Below are positions 41,596 to 51,050 of a stretch of DNA of 64,000 nt, one piece after another. This stretch comes from Vampirovibrionaceae bacterium NZW_1234. Its GTDB lineage: Bacteria; Cyanobacteriota; Vampirovibrionia; Vampirovibrionales; JAGQHJ01. The position numbers and the translations under genes were made by a program. Location: NCBI GenBank assembly GCA_041697335.1, contig JBGUGD010000023.1:1-64000 (forward strand), read 5' to 3'. Within the stretch, counting starts at the first letter, position 1, and every line of letters starts with the position of its first letter. The notes beneath the pieces are model-generated. The model was given only the letters and a program-made list of their open reading frames with translations. It did no database searches and was not told the origin of the DNA.

Positions 41596-42363
41596 GTGTT
41601 GAAGTCATTTTTCAAGGTAAACCGAAAGCTTTGCCAAGTTTTGAATAAAAGTTTGAACTTACCTCATCTATTGGGACAGGGGAATGTTTTATACCTGCAA
41701 CACTGTGCCGAGTTCATCAATACAAATCGAGATAAGAAGGTTCTTGATATTGGGGCAGGTCGAAAGTTGTATTTCGCCGATCTCCTGATTAAACCGTGTT
41801 CCAATACGATTATTGGATGTGATATCAGTCTTGACGAAGTTCAGTTGAATGGTGATTTGGATGAGGTTGTCATCTGCGATGCTAGTAAAGAGATACCGTT
41901 GCCGGATCAGTCGGTTGATTTGGTAACATCTTACATGTGTATGGAGCATTTGCCTGATACAAAAACCTTTTTGAATGAGGCAGTTCGAGTATTAAAACCT
42001 GGATCTCCTATGATCTTTTACTTTGCGGGAGGTTTAGCTCCTCATGCACTTATTAATCGTTTATTTCCACCGCATATATCAAAGAGAATCATATACTTTT
42101 TTCTGCCGGGAAGTGAGAATAGGCTTGGCTTTCCGGCATATTATGATGGTGTAACGCTATCTCGATTTTCACAACTGCTGAGAGAGCGAGGTGTCCACAT
42201 TGATAACATTTATGTGAATTACAATTTCCGAGAATATTTGAGCTTTTTTCTCCCTCTCTATCTTGTCGGCTTGGTGATTGACTATGTTCGCTATGTATTA
42301 CAATGCAAAGAATACGCTTGCAGTTATATTTTTGTGACAAGACTCATGTCTGATTCCCACTAA
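41596..42363 (+). CDS. Class I SAM-dependent methyltransferase
   Basis: VLDIGAG, CDIS, MEHL, RVLKPG; AT-rich. Confidence 0.88.
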   Translation: MLKSFFKVNRKLCQVLNKSLNLPHLLGQGNVLYLQHCAEFINTNRDKKVLDIGAGRKLYFADLLIKPCSNTIIGCDISLDEVQLNGDLDEVVICDASKEIPLPDQSVDLVTSYMCMEHLPDTKTFLNEAVRVLKPGSPMIFYFAGGLAPHALINRLFPPHISKRIIYFFLPGSENRLGFPAYYDGVTLSRFSQLLRERGVHIDNIYVNYNFREYLSFFLPLYLVGLVIDYVRYVLQCKEYACSYIFVTRLMSDSH

Positions 42364-43826
42364 AGGGGTACTGGTACTTTTTCCTTGACTCCGTGTCCAC
42401 GGTCTACCAGGCTTTGCAGTTGGGATTGGAGAGCGGCGTTGGTCTTGGTGACCCAGGGTTCGCGAATGGCACGATCCTTGGCGGCATGGAGCGCGTGTTC
42501 GTCCATCATGATGGGGTCGCCGATGTGAATGATCATTTTGCGCGGGACGGATTGAATGAGCTTGGATTTGCCGGTGACGATGGTTTCCAGCTGATGGAGT
42601 GTTTCGGCAATACTTTCCCAACTGGGATGTCGGCGATGGTAGTCGGGAGAGAGGCGCTGGAGATCATAGGCAAGGCGGAGCTTGGGAATGTAATTGCGGA
42701 CATATTTCTCTTTGGTCTCTGGCGCCATCGGTGGCTTGCTGTCGTTATAGCGGGTATACATGAGTTGCCGGATGGTTTGGATGCGTTCAAAGTAAGGCAT
42801 GGATTTGGTTTTGGTCAATTTGAGTTCGTGCTCAATCGGATCCATCAAGGCTTCCAGCACTTGGGCATGAAGGTCGACAACGTTGTCCGCCGACGGGGCT
42901 TGTCCCAGGGCTTGGTGGGCTTTGGTCTGTAAAACGGCGGCGTAAATGGCGTCTAAACGATCGTGGGTATTGAGGAAATAGCGTGGGGGGGTGAAAAGTC
43001 TGAGCTCTTTTTCCAGGCGTTTCATCGCACGTTCCAGGGTCGATTGTGGGTTGTGCAGGTACTGATACGTCATGCCCACGGGAAGGATGGCGATTTTTTT
43101 GCCCTTGGGGGCCACCATTTTGGCAGCCATCATGGCAATGGAAACGGTCCCGGGGTGTCCCTCCAATACTTTGCGGCTTTGGTAGGTCAGCCGACCTTCC
43201 GGAAAGATCACCAAGGGATAGGTTCCATCGACAACCTGGCGTATGGCGGTTGTTCCGGCAGGGCTTGCGGCGTTGTCATGGTGGATGGGGAAGAGTCCCA
43301 TTTTACTGAAGGTGTTGAGTCGGAACCTCTTGAACCATTCAAACGCAGACTGGGCCTGTTTCTTTAGGGTGTTCTTCAGGCCGGCGGGAAGCCAGCCGCC
43401 CAAGCGCGAGAGCCATTGCGGCACCTTGGGTGTTTCCAGTGAAAAGACCGACTGTGTGACCATGACACTGACCGGTGTCTTGGTCCGTCGGGCCAGTTCC
43501 GGCACAAAATAGACATCGCCCGAACCCGGGTGATTCGGGGCAATGATGAGGTGGACTTTTTCTTTGAGAAGACGCTTGAGCGTGTCGATCCCATGGATGT
43601 CCCAGTAAGGAATGTTGTATTGTCCCCGAATCAGAAATTCCCGATTGAGCAGAGACCCAATATTCAGCACTGTGCGAGAGGGGTTTGGCTTAAGGGCCAG
43701 GGAGGGTTCGGTGAACTGATCCGCAGCCAGGTTCCCGGCCTGAAAACGCGGTGTGGCTGAAACCCCAGGGCCGCATGCAACGCCCTTTAAGGGTACACCT
43801 GGTGTCATTGTCGCCTTTGTAATCAT
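42360..43826 (-). CDS. Lysophospholipid acyltransferase (PlsC-like) with N-terminal extension
   Basis: NHPGSGD (HxxxxD), IFPEG, LPVGMTY, IHIGDPI. Confidence 0.85.
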   Translation of the reverse strand: MITKATMTPGVPLKGVACGPGVSATPRFQAGNLAADQFTEPSLALKPNPSRTVLNIGSLLNREFLIRGQYNIPYWDIHGIDTLKRLLKEKVHLIIAPNHPGSGDVYFVPELARRTKTPVSVMVTQSVFSLETPKVPQWLSRLGGWLPAGLKNTLKKQAQSAFEWFKRFRLNTFSKMGLFPIHHDNAASPAGTTAIRQVVDGTYPLVIFPEGRLTYQSRKVLEGHPGTVSIAMMAAKMVAPKGKKIAILPVGMTYQYLHNPQSTLERAMKRLEKELRLFTPPRYFLNTHDRLDAIYAAVLQTKAHQALGQAPSADNVVDLHAQVLEALMDPIEHELKLTKTKSMPYFERIQTIRQLMYTRYNDSKPPMAPETKEKYVRNYIPKLRLAYDLQRLSPDYHRRHPSWESIAETLHQLETIVTGKSKLIQSVPRKMIIHIGDPIMMDEHALHAAKDRAIREPWVTKTNAALQSQLQSLVDRGHGVKEKVPVPL

Positions 43827-44137
43827 GGGTCTATCCCCCGCTTTTCCCGAAGCTAACCTCTATGAGCCGCGTGCGCTGTACAATGTTAAACGGTGTCGTG
43901 AATACGAAGAGAGTATAGGACAAACCCCACGGGTTTGTCTCTCAGAATCTTGGAGAAAGTTGCCCTGCCAGAATTTCGTCCTGTAGCGTTCTTGCCTTGG
44001 ATGTCGTTCGCTTCTTGGGCATGTTCCTGGTAAGATTTCACAACGTGCTTATCGTCAATAACGTTACCGGGATTCGACGGGGCGCGATGACATAGGTTAC
44101 AATGCCACTGACACATCAGAAAGAAACGTGCCCCGTT

Positions 44138-45400
44138 ATGAACGCAAAACAACCCCGACGAGTCGTTGTCACCGGAATGGGAGTCATCTCCTCCCTCGGA
44201 CAGCAAATTGAGCCCTTTTGGCAAGCCTTATTGGCGGGCCAAAGCGGTATCCGCGATTTGACCTTTTTTGATACCACGGAGTATCCCTGCAAAATCGGGG
44301 GTGAAATCCGAGAATTCAATCCGGAAGACTATATTCCTAAAAAGGAAGCTCGTCGCATGGATCGCTTCACCCAATTGGCGATGTCGGCTGCCAGAATGGC
44401 CTATGAGGACGCCGGGCTGACCTCGGATAATGTTGAGGCCGATCGTTTTGGCGTGGTCGTCGGGACCGGGGCCGGTGGGATTGGCACCATTGAAGACCAG
44501 GTCTTCGAGATGCAACGCAAAAACACAGTGAAGTGCAACCCGTTCTCTGTTCCCATGATGCTGTGTAATATGGGTGCCGGGCGGATTGCCATTGAATTTA
44601 ATGCCAAAGGCCCCAGCACGGCGGTTATTACTGCGTGCTCCACCGGGACCGATTCCGTAGGGACGGCATTGCGCATGATTCAGAATGATGAAGCCGATGT
44701 GGTCATTGCCGGTGCTTCTGAAGCGCCGTTGACAGGATTGTCCTTCGCCGGTTTCTGTGCGGCTCGGGCTTTGTCCTTCCGGGATGGGGATCCGACCACG
44801 GTCAGTCGTCCCTTTGATGCGGAGCGTGATGGCTTCGTCATGTCCGAAGGGGCTGGGATCTTGATTTTAGAAGACTACGAACATGCCAAGGCCAGAGGGG
44901 CTAAAATCTACGGTGAAGTGACCGGCTACGGTCGTTCTACCGATGCTATTGATCTGGTTCGTCCCCCGGCCGACGGCTCCGGCCTGGCTGTGGCGATGCG
45001 AAGTGCCTTGCGTAATGCGGGTATTTCTCCCGACGACATTGCCTATATTAACGCGCATGCCACCAGCACACCCTTGGGTGATGCGGCAGAAACCAACGCA
45101 ATCAAGCAGATTTTCGGTGATCGGGCCATGTCAGGGCAGCTCCTGGTCAGCGGGACCAAGAGTATGACCGGCCATTTGCTGGGGGCTTCCGGGGCTCTTG
45201 AGTCCATTATCTGTGTGCTGACCCTCCGAGATCAAAAAGCGCCGCCCACCATTAACCTGGAGTCGCCGGATCCGCAGTGTGACTTGGATTATATCCCCAA
45301 TACGGCTCGTGACTTGTCCAATGCCCGATACGTCATGTCCAGCTCCGCTGGGTTTGGCGGGCACAACGCGGTTCTGATTTTCGGCCAGTCGCTGAACTAA
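44138..45400 (+). CDS. fabF: 3-oxoacyl-ACP synthase II
   Basis: RRVVVTGMG, TACSTG, SRPFD, NAHATST, KSMTGHLLGA, GFGGHN. Confidence 0.95.
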   Translation: MNAKQPRRVVVTGMGVISSLGQQIEPFWQALLAGQSGIRDLTFFDTTEYPCKIGGEIREFNPEDYIPKKEARRMDRFTQLAMSAARMAYEDAGLTSDNVEADRFGVVVGTGAGGIGTIEDQVFEMQRKNTVKCNPFSVPMMLCNMGAGRIAIEFNAKGPSTAVITACSTGTDSVGTALRMIQNDEADVVIAGASEAPLTGLSFAGFCAARALSFRDGDPTTVSRPFDAERDGFVMSEGAGILILEDYEHAKARGAKIYGEVTGYGRSTDAIDLVRPPADGSGLAVAMRSALRNAGISPDDIAYINAHATSTPLGDAAETNAIKQIFGDRAMSGQLLVSGTKSMTGHLLGASGALESIICVLTLRDQKAPPTINLESPDPQCDLDYIPNTARDLSNARYVMSSSAGFGGHNAVLIFGQSLN

Positions 45401-45594
45401 GCATTTTTCCGATAACACGTATCATCCCAAAAGCCCCACGCTGAAGGCGTATTGGGGGTTCTGTTTCAAGTTTGTAATAAAACGGGGGGATGCTAACAAA
45501 ATTTTTATAATTGCTTGTTTTTATATATATGTGTAGTGAATCCCTCGTAATGTGTTCTCTCTGTGTTATGTGATGTGTGTATGGAGTGTGTACC

Positions 45595-45786
45595 ATGACG
45601 AATTTGATGCTGAATTCTGATGCTCAAGGTAACTTTTCCGGTATTTTGTTGAAAGCTGCTGGTGATACCACTGCCCCGGTGGTCAGCAATGCGGCCCAGA
45701 TGCGGAATATCCTGTTTGGATTGGTGTACTCGACCCCGCTGTTGATTTCCTCCGAGCCGGCATTGGTGACCTTGCCACTCTGCTAA
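45595..45786 (+). CDS. Small hypothetical protein, 63 aa
   Basis: GGAG RBS; AT-rich promoter-like region upstream; no family recognised. Confidence 0.5.
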   Translation: MTNLMLNSDAQGNFSGILLKAAGDTTAPVVSNAAQMRNILFGLVYSTPLLISSEPALVTLPLC

Positions 45787-45870
45787 ACCGGGTCAATTCA
45801 ACTCGACTTTGCACAGGCCCATTTGGGTTGCGTATGATAGTTGCGATGCAATTCTCTTATGTTGTAACGC

Positions 45871-47076
45871 ATGGCGCACCCTGCGCTTATCTGGAGTTGT
45901 CCTGTGCGGACTGAGTCCTCAGTGTCGTTGGCCACACTGGCTCGTGTGTTTTTGAGCCTCGGCGCCTTTGCCTTTGGAGGGCCGGCGGCGCATATTGCCA
46001 TGATGGAAGCCGAAGTGGTGCGCAAGCGCCGATGGTTGTCATCAGAGGCATTTTTGGATTTGCTGGGAGCAACGCATTTGATTCCCGGGCCCAATTCCAC
46101 CGAATTGGCCATTCACGTCGGCTATGCCCAACGGGGTTGGCCTGGGCTTTGTGTGGCTGGGTTGTGCTTTATTCTTCCGGCTTTTTGTATCGTTCTGGCT
46201 TTGGCCTGGGGCTATGTTGCCTATGGTGCCCTGCCCGAGGTTGCGTTCATTTTATATGGCATCAAGCCTGTGATTCTGGCCATTGTTCTACAGGCCATCT
46301 GGAACCTCGCCAAATCGGCTTTGAAGACGCCGTTGTTGATTGTATTGGCCTTGAGCGTGTTGATCCTTAACGGTCTGGGGCTTAGTGAACTCCTGCTCTT
46401 GTTCGGTACTGGTATCCTGACGGGGGTGCTTTACTGGCTTCGTCAGCACAGGTCGCCTCCCTCCATGCCGGGATTGGTTGCTTCACCTTGGCTGCTTGTT
46501 GCCTCGCTTGGCAGTGGAGGTGTTTCCGGGGGGACTGTATCGGTGGGGCTTTGGCCGTTGTTTTTCTTTTTTCTCAAGGTGGGCTCTGTTCTGTTTGGCA
46601 GCGGTTATGTGTTATTGGCCTTTCTGCAGGCGGATCTGGTTGATCGCTGGGGGTGGCTGACGTCATCCCAATTGCTGGATGCTGTTGTGGTCGGGCAAGT
46701 TACGCCCGGGCCGGTTTTTACCACTGCCACGTTCATCGGGTATCTTCTTGCCGGTGTCCCGGGGGCGGCTGTGGCAACCATCGCCATTTTTCTGCCGGCC
46801 TTTGTCTTTGTGGCCGTGAGCGCACCGTTTTTATCCCAGTTGCGTCAGGCTAAGGTGATGGGGCATTTTCTGGACGGGGTCAATGCGGCGGCGGTGTCGT
46901 TGATGTTGGGTGTCTCCATGACGTTGGCCCAGACGGCAGTAACGGATCATGTGACCTGGGGATTGCTTATCATCAGTTCGGTGTTACTGATACGCTATCG
47001 CATGTCCTCGCTGTGGCTGATTTTGGCAGGTGCCTTTGTGGGACCCGGCATCCATTGGATTGCTTCCTTTCATTGA
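45871..47076 (+). CDS. chrA: Chromate efflux transporter (long-chain CHR)
   Basis: AFGGPAAHIA, IPGPNSTE, FGSGYVL, GQVTPGP. Confidence 0.93.
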   Translation: MAHPALIWSCPVRTESSVSLATLARVFLSLGAFAFGGPAAHIAMMEAEVVRKRRWLSSEAFLDLLGATHLIPGPNSTELAIHVGYAQRGWPGLCVAGLCFILPAFCIVLALAWGYVAYGALPEVAFILYGIKPVILAIVLQAIWNLAKSALKTPLLIVLALSVLILNGLGLSELLLLFGTGILTGVLYWLRQHRSPPSMPGLVASPWLLVASLGSGGVSGGTVSVGLWPLFFFFLKVGSVLFGSGYVLLAFLQADLVDRWGWLTSSQLLDAVVVGQVTPGPVFTTATFIGYLLAGVPGAAVATIAIFLPAFVFVAVSAPFLSQLRQAKVMGHFLDGVNAAAVSLMLGVSMTLAQTAVTDHVTWGLLIISSVLLIRYRMSSLWLILAGAFVGPGIHWIASFH

Positions 47077-47241
47077 TCAGAATGAGGCAAAACCCGGTCT
47101 ATCAGGAGTCTTTTGCTATTTATTGTTTTTATAAATTAACATAAGTTAACAAACTGGTATCAAAACGTTAACGATTGTTTTTATGCATACACAGAGAGAA
47201 GTAAAAGCCTTGTGCTTTTTTTTAGGAGAGAGGATACAGAC

Positions 47242-48780
47242 ATGTATACCAGTGGAATACCGTTTGGAGGAATGTCAGCGCTGACGGCATCGGCCGTTCC
47301 TGCTGCGTATCCCCAGGCGGGCGGATATGGACAAAGTTTTGGAATGCCACAAGGGCAATCCTTCGGGATGATGCCTCAGTCATACTTGCCTCAGTTTGCC
47401 GGTAGCCTTGCTGGACTCGGTGCCGGTGCTGCCATGGGTGTTCCCACGGCGGGATTGTTGCCGGGCCTGATGGCCGGCCAGGGTATGATGCCTGGAATGG
47501 GTGGCATGATGCCCGGAATGGGAATGCAGCAGCAGCAAGATCCTATGCAGAGTTTACTGACCAGCGTGATGCTGTTATTGATTAACGAGATGGGTGGCTT
47601 CAAGTCCCTGGGCGGGTTGTTCAACCAGCTCTTCCCCAAGAAGCCTGAACCGCCGCCACCACCTCCGCCGCCGCAACCGTCCTTCTTGAGCAATCCGATC
47701 TTGTTCATTCTGCCCTTAATCATTAAGCTGTTAGAGAAGGGCGATAAGGAGTCCTCCGGATCCGGTTCGGCCCAGACGTCCACCTCGTCGTCCAGCAGCA
47801 CGACATCGGGCTCGTCAACAGCGTCCGGTTCGACAACCAGTGGTAGCACCACGACGGGTTCGACGACCACAGGCTCGACCACGACCGGCAGCACGACGAC
47901 CGGATCAACGACCACGGGCTCAACCACGACTGGAAGTACCACAACGGGTTCAACGACCACGGGCTCGACCACGACTGGAAGCACCACAACAGGTTCAACG
48001 ACCACGGGTTCAACCACGACTGGAAGTACCACAACCGGTTCAACGACCACGGGTTCAACCACGACTGGAAGCACCACAACAGGTTCAACGACCACAGGTT
48101 CGACCACGACGGGTAGCACCACGACAGGTTCGACCACGACCGGCAGCACGACGACCGGATCAACGACCACGGGTTCCACCACGACTGGAAGTACCACAAC
48201 GGGTTCCACCACCACAAGCGGCGGTACCACGGTGTCGACCAGTACGACCACTGGGGCCAATGGCACCACCAATACGGCCAACGTTACCACCACGGGCGGC
48301 AACGTAACCGTCACCCAGAGCGCTGTTGATGGCCAAACGCCGGTTAATAACGTTCAAGTCGGTGGCGCCAGCGTGGACCAGATTGCCCAGAACGCTCGTG
48401 AGCAGATCGAGCGTGCCCGTCAGATGGCCGAAGATATTCAAAATGGACGCATTCCCAACAGCACCTCGACTGCCAGCAGCGGTGGCGGTGGTGGCGGGAC
48501 CACAGCGACCAGTTCCAGCACCAGCACCTCCGGGGCTTCCGGTGGCGGCGGCGGGAATACGGCCGCTCAGATTGCCCAGACCTTTAACCGGGATGTCCCC
48601 TCCAATTCCGGTGAACGGGCCAACAACATCGTCCAACAAGAGATGCAGCGGATTGGTATCCCTGGCAACGGCAGCGCTCCTACACGGACACCGAGTGCCG
48701 AGGAAATCCAGAACGCCATCAGCAGCTCGATTACCCGGATTCACAACGAGGTCTTCACCCGCAGACCCTCGACCCCCTAA
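47242..48780 (+). CDS. Gly/Ser/Thr-rich low-complexity protein with GSTTT repeats
   Basis: AGGAG/GAGG RBS; monocistronic with its own terminator; synonymous variation within the repeats. Confidence 0.85.
   Translation: MYTSGIPFGGMSALTASAVPAAYPQAGGYGQSFGMPQGQSFGMMPQSYLPQFAGSLAGLGAGAAMGVPTAGLLPGLMAGQGMMPGMGGMMPGMGMQQQQDPMQSLLTSVMLLLINEMGGFKSLGGLFNQLFPKKPEPPPPPPPPQPSFLSNPILFILPLIIKLLEKGDKESSGSGSAQTSTSSSSSTTSGSSTASGSTTSGSTTTGSTTTGSTTTGSTTTGSTTTGSTTTGSTTTGSTTTGSTTTGSTTTGSTTTGSTTTGSTTTGSTTTGSTTTGSTTTGSTTTGSTTTGSTTTGSTTTGSTTTGSTTTGSTTTGSTTTGSTTTSGGTTVSTSTTTGANGTTNTANVTTTGGNVTVTQSAVDGQTPVNNVQVGGASVDQIAQNAREQIERARQMAEDIQNGRIPNSTSTASSGGGGGGTTATSSSTSTSGASGGGGGNTAAQIAQTFNRDVPSNSGERANNIVQQEMQRIGIPGNGSAPTRTPSAEEIQNAISSSITRIHNEVFTRRPSTP
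47842..48216 (+). repeat. 25 x 15-bp coding tandem repeat (GSTTT)
   Basis: 375 bp; every unit encodes GSTTT with variable codons. Confidence 0.95.
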
Positions 48781-48807
48781 GTCTATTCTCCATATGTATC
48801 CTCGAAT

Positions 48808-48840
48808 CAGAGACGTCCTCGGACGTCTCTGTTGGGTTTT
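48808..48840 (+). terminator. Intrinsic terminator
   Basis: CAGAGACGTCC-tc-GGACGTCTCTG followed by TTGGGTTTT. Confidence 0.65.
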
Positions 48841-48987
48841 GTCGGGCCTGACCTGAAGCCTTGTGCTAAGAAATGTGACGGGCTGAACCTCTTGTGGGAC
48901 AGGCTTTTCTGAGGTTCCGGATTGTTTCGTGCCCGCTTTTTCTGTATAGTCATGCATTGCTTGTATGGATGGGAGGGACGTGGTGCG

Positions 48988-50328
48988 ATGATATCGATGT
49001 TGGGAATGCAACGTGTAAAGCCGATGGCGGTTGTTCAAGGGACCCCGTCGCGCTTTGGCAGCCAGAAAACGGATCCGTCCGTGTCGCCGGAGACACCGGT
49101 TTATCAGCGACCTGGTGGGTTGGAGGCACTTTTGTCCCACCGCAGCCAGGTGATTCCCGAGTCCCGGATTCGCGGGATTACCCGGGAAGCGGCCAAGTTC
49201 CAAGACGTCATTAACCTGGGCCAGGGCACCCCGGACGGTGATATGCCGCCGGAGGTCAAGTTGGCTGCGCTGCAAGCCCTGGCCGAGACCAAAAATGACA
49301 AGTATGCCCATTCCTGGGGCCTCAAGGAATTTCGGGACGCCATTGCCGAGCGTTATACCAAGACCCTGGGTTTTGCCCGTCCCATTGATCCGGAGACCGA
49401 AGTCGTGGTGACCCATGGGACGGCGTCGGCGATGGAAAACACCTTGAAGGCCCTGGTGGATCCCGGGGATGAGGTGATTCTCTTCTCGCCCGCCTACGAG
49501 AACTATGCCCCCAACGTGGTGATGGCTGGCGGAACGCCCAAGTTCGTGCAACTGAAACCCCCGAACTGGTCCTTTGACCCCGAGGAGTTGAAGGCGGCGT
49601 TTTCGCCCAAAACCAAGGCCATTGTGGTCAACACGCCCGGGAATCCGTCGGGCAAGGTCTTCAGCCGGGCGGAGCTGTCGATGATTGCCCGCGAGTGCAA
49701 GGCCCGCAATGTGGCTGCTATTTCCGATGAGATTTATGAACATATGGTTTTTGACAAGGCCAAGCACGTGTCCATCGCCTCTCTGCCTGGCATGCGGGAG
49801 CGGACCATTGTGATGCAGGGCTTGTCCAAAAGCTACAACGCCACCGGCTGGCGGGTAGGCTTTGTGATTGCCCCGCCGGTGCTGATGAACAAGATTCGCT
49901 TGATGTTTGATTACTCCAACATGTCGGTGGCAGCTCCCTTTCAGAAGGCCGGGGCCGTTGCCATGCGTTTGCCCGAGTCCCATTACCGGGGCGTGGCCCG
50001 ACTGTATCAGGAAAAGCGGGATATCCTGCTGAAGGCCCTGGACAAGGTCGGCTTTAAGACCTTTAAGCCCCAGGGCGCCTATTTCGTGCTGGCCGACAGC
50101 AAGGACATCTGCCAGAAGCTGGGGCTGCCCGATGGGGTGGCCTTGAAGGACTTTATGCTCAAGCATATCGGGGTGGCTGCGGTGCCGATGGCTTCGCTGT
50201 TTTCGGATCCCGAGACCGGCCGCTACATGATGCGCTTCAGCTTTTGCAAGGACAAGGCCACCTTGAAAGCGGCCGGGGAACGGCTGAAAAAGCTCATTCC
50301 CATGCTTGCCGGTCAGAAACCGGACTAA
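48988..50328 (+). CDS. PLP aminotransferase class I (kynurenine/methionine aminotransferase-like) with N-terminal extension
   Basis: INLGQGTPD, NTPGNPSG, SDEIYE, SKSYNATGWRVG, RFSFCK; GGGAGG RBS before MISML. Confidence 0.9.
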   Translation: MISMLGMQRVKPMAVVQGTPSRFGSQKTDPSVSPETPVYQRPGGLEALLSHRSQVIPESRIRGITREAAKFQDVINLGQGTPDGDMPPEVKLAALQALAETKNDKYAHSWGLKEFRDAIAERYTKTLGFARPIDPETEVVVTHGTASAMENTLKALVDPGDEVILFSPAYENYAPNVVMAGGTPKFVQLKPPNWSFDPEELKAAFSPKTKAIVVNTPGNPSGKVFSRAELSMIARECKARNVAAISDEIYEHMVFDKAKHVSIASLPGMRERTIVMQGLSKSYNATGWRVGFVIAPPVLMNKIRLMFDYSNMSVAAPFQKAGAVAMRLPESHYRGVARLYQEKRDILLKALDKVGFKTFKPQGAYFVLADSKDICQKLGLPDGVALKDFMLKHIGVAAVPMASLFSDPETGRYMMRFSFCKDKATLKAAGERLKKLIPMLAGQKPD

Positions 50329-50561
50329 ATAAACGCAGGGGCTCATGCGAGAGATCTCCTGTGTCCGGAGGAATTTTTATCGGACCGGGTGTTGGGTCGG
50401 ATCCGGTAAAAAGCCTGAGGGCAAGGCCTTAAGCCGACGGTTGGAAATTGCCGGTTGGGCATCGGCCCAAAACGTTTTATGATTTTTGTCGATACTTGAT
50501 TACACTCAACCCTAGAAGGGTCCCGGACCAATCCCCGGAACCCCCAGGAGATCCTCTCGAG

Positions 50562-51017
50562 ATGGCCCGGTTTGTTTATCGCTTGCAGAAGGTGTTCGAG
50601 CTTCGCGAACGCAAGAAAAAGGAGCAGGAACGCCGTGTGCAAGAAGCCAAGGCCCGGGTGCAACAGATCGAACAGGAGATCCAGGTGAAGAAGCAGGAAA
50701 TCCTGATGCTTCGCCAGAACATGATGGCCGCCCCCCATACCCTGTTGGAAATGCACGACATCTTCATCTACAACCTCAACGAAGAAATCGAGCAACTCTA
50801 CCGGGATCTGGAAATGGCCAAGCAGCAGCTGGAGTACGAAAAACAACTGCTGATCAAGGCCCAGGCCGACCTGGAGGCCCTGGTCAAGCACAAGGAAAAA
50901 GCCTACGAGGAGTTCCTCGAGGAAGAAAAACAAGCGGAGTTGAAACAGCTGGATGAAGTGGCGGGACAACGCTACTTTCGTCAGCAGCAGGAGCGGTTGC
51001 TTGAAGAACAGGAATAG
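50562..51017 (+). CDS. fliJ: Flagellar export protein FliJ
   Basis: MARFVYRLQKVFELR N-terminus; about 150-aa coiled coil; ELKQLDE C-terminus; AGGAG RBS. Confidence 0.8.
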   Translation: MARFVYRLQKVFELRERKKKEQERRVQEAKARVQQIEQEIQVKKQEILMLRQNMMAAPHTLLEMHDIFIYNLNEEIEQLYRDLEMAKQQLEYEKQLLIKAQADLEALVKHKEKAYEEFLEEEKQAELKQLDEVAGQRYFRQQQERLLEEQE

Positions 51018-51050
51018 TCGTCCCTGAACAGGAGGCACCAGCCCAGTCCC

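Noticed and set aside
47842..48216. Possible CRISPR array
   Set aside because: Contiguous 15-bp coding units with no unique spacers and no cas genes.
47391..48314. VVEPV-repeat and other alternative-frame ORFs over the repeat
   Set aside because: Only the GSTTT frame is invariant at the protein level; the other frames vary.
48160..50346. 728-aa antisense ORF
   Set aside because: Shadow of the aminotransferase and repeat gene.
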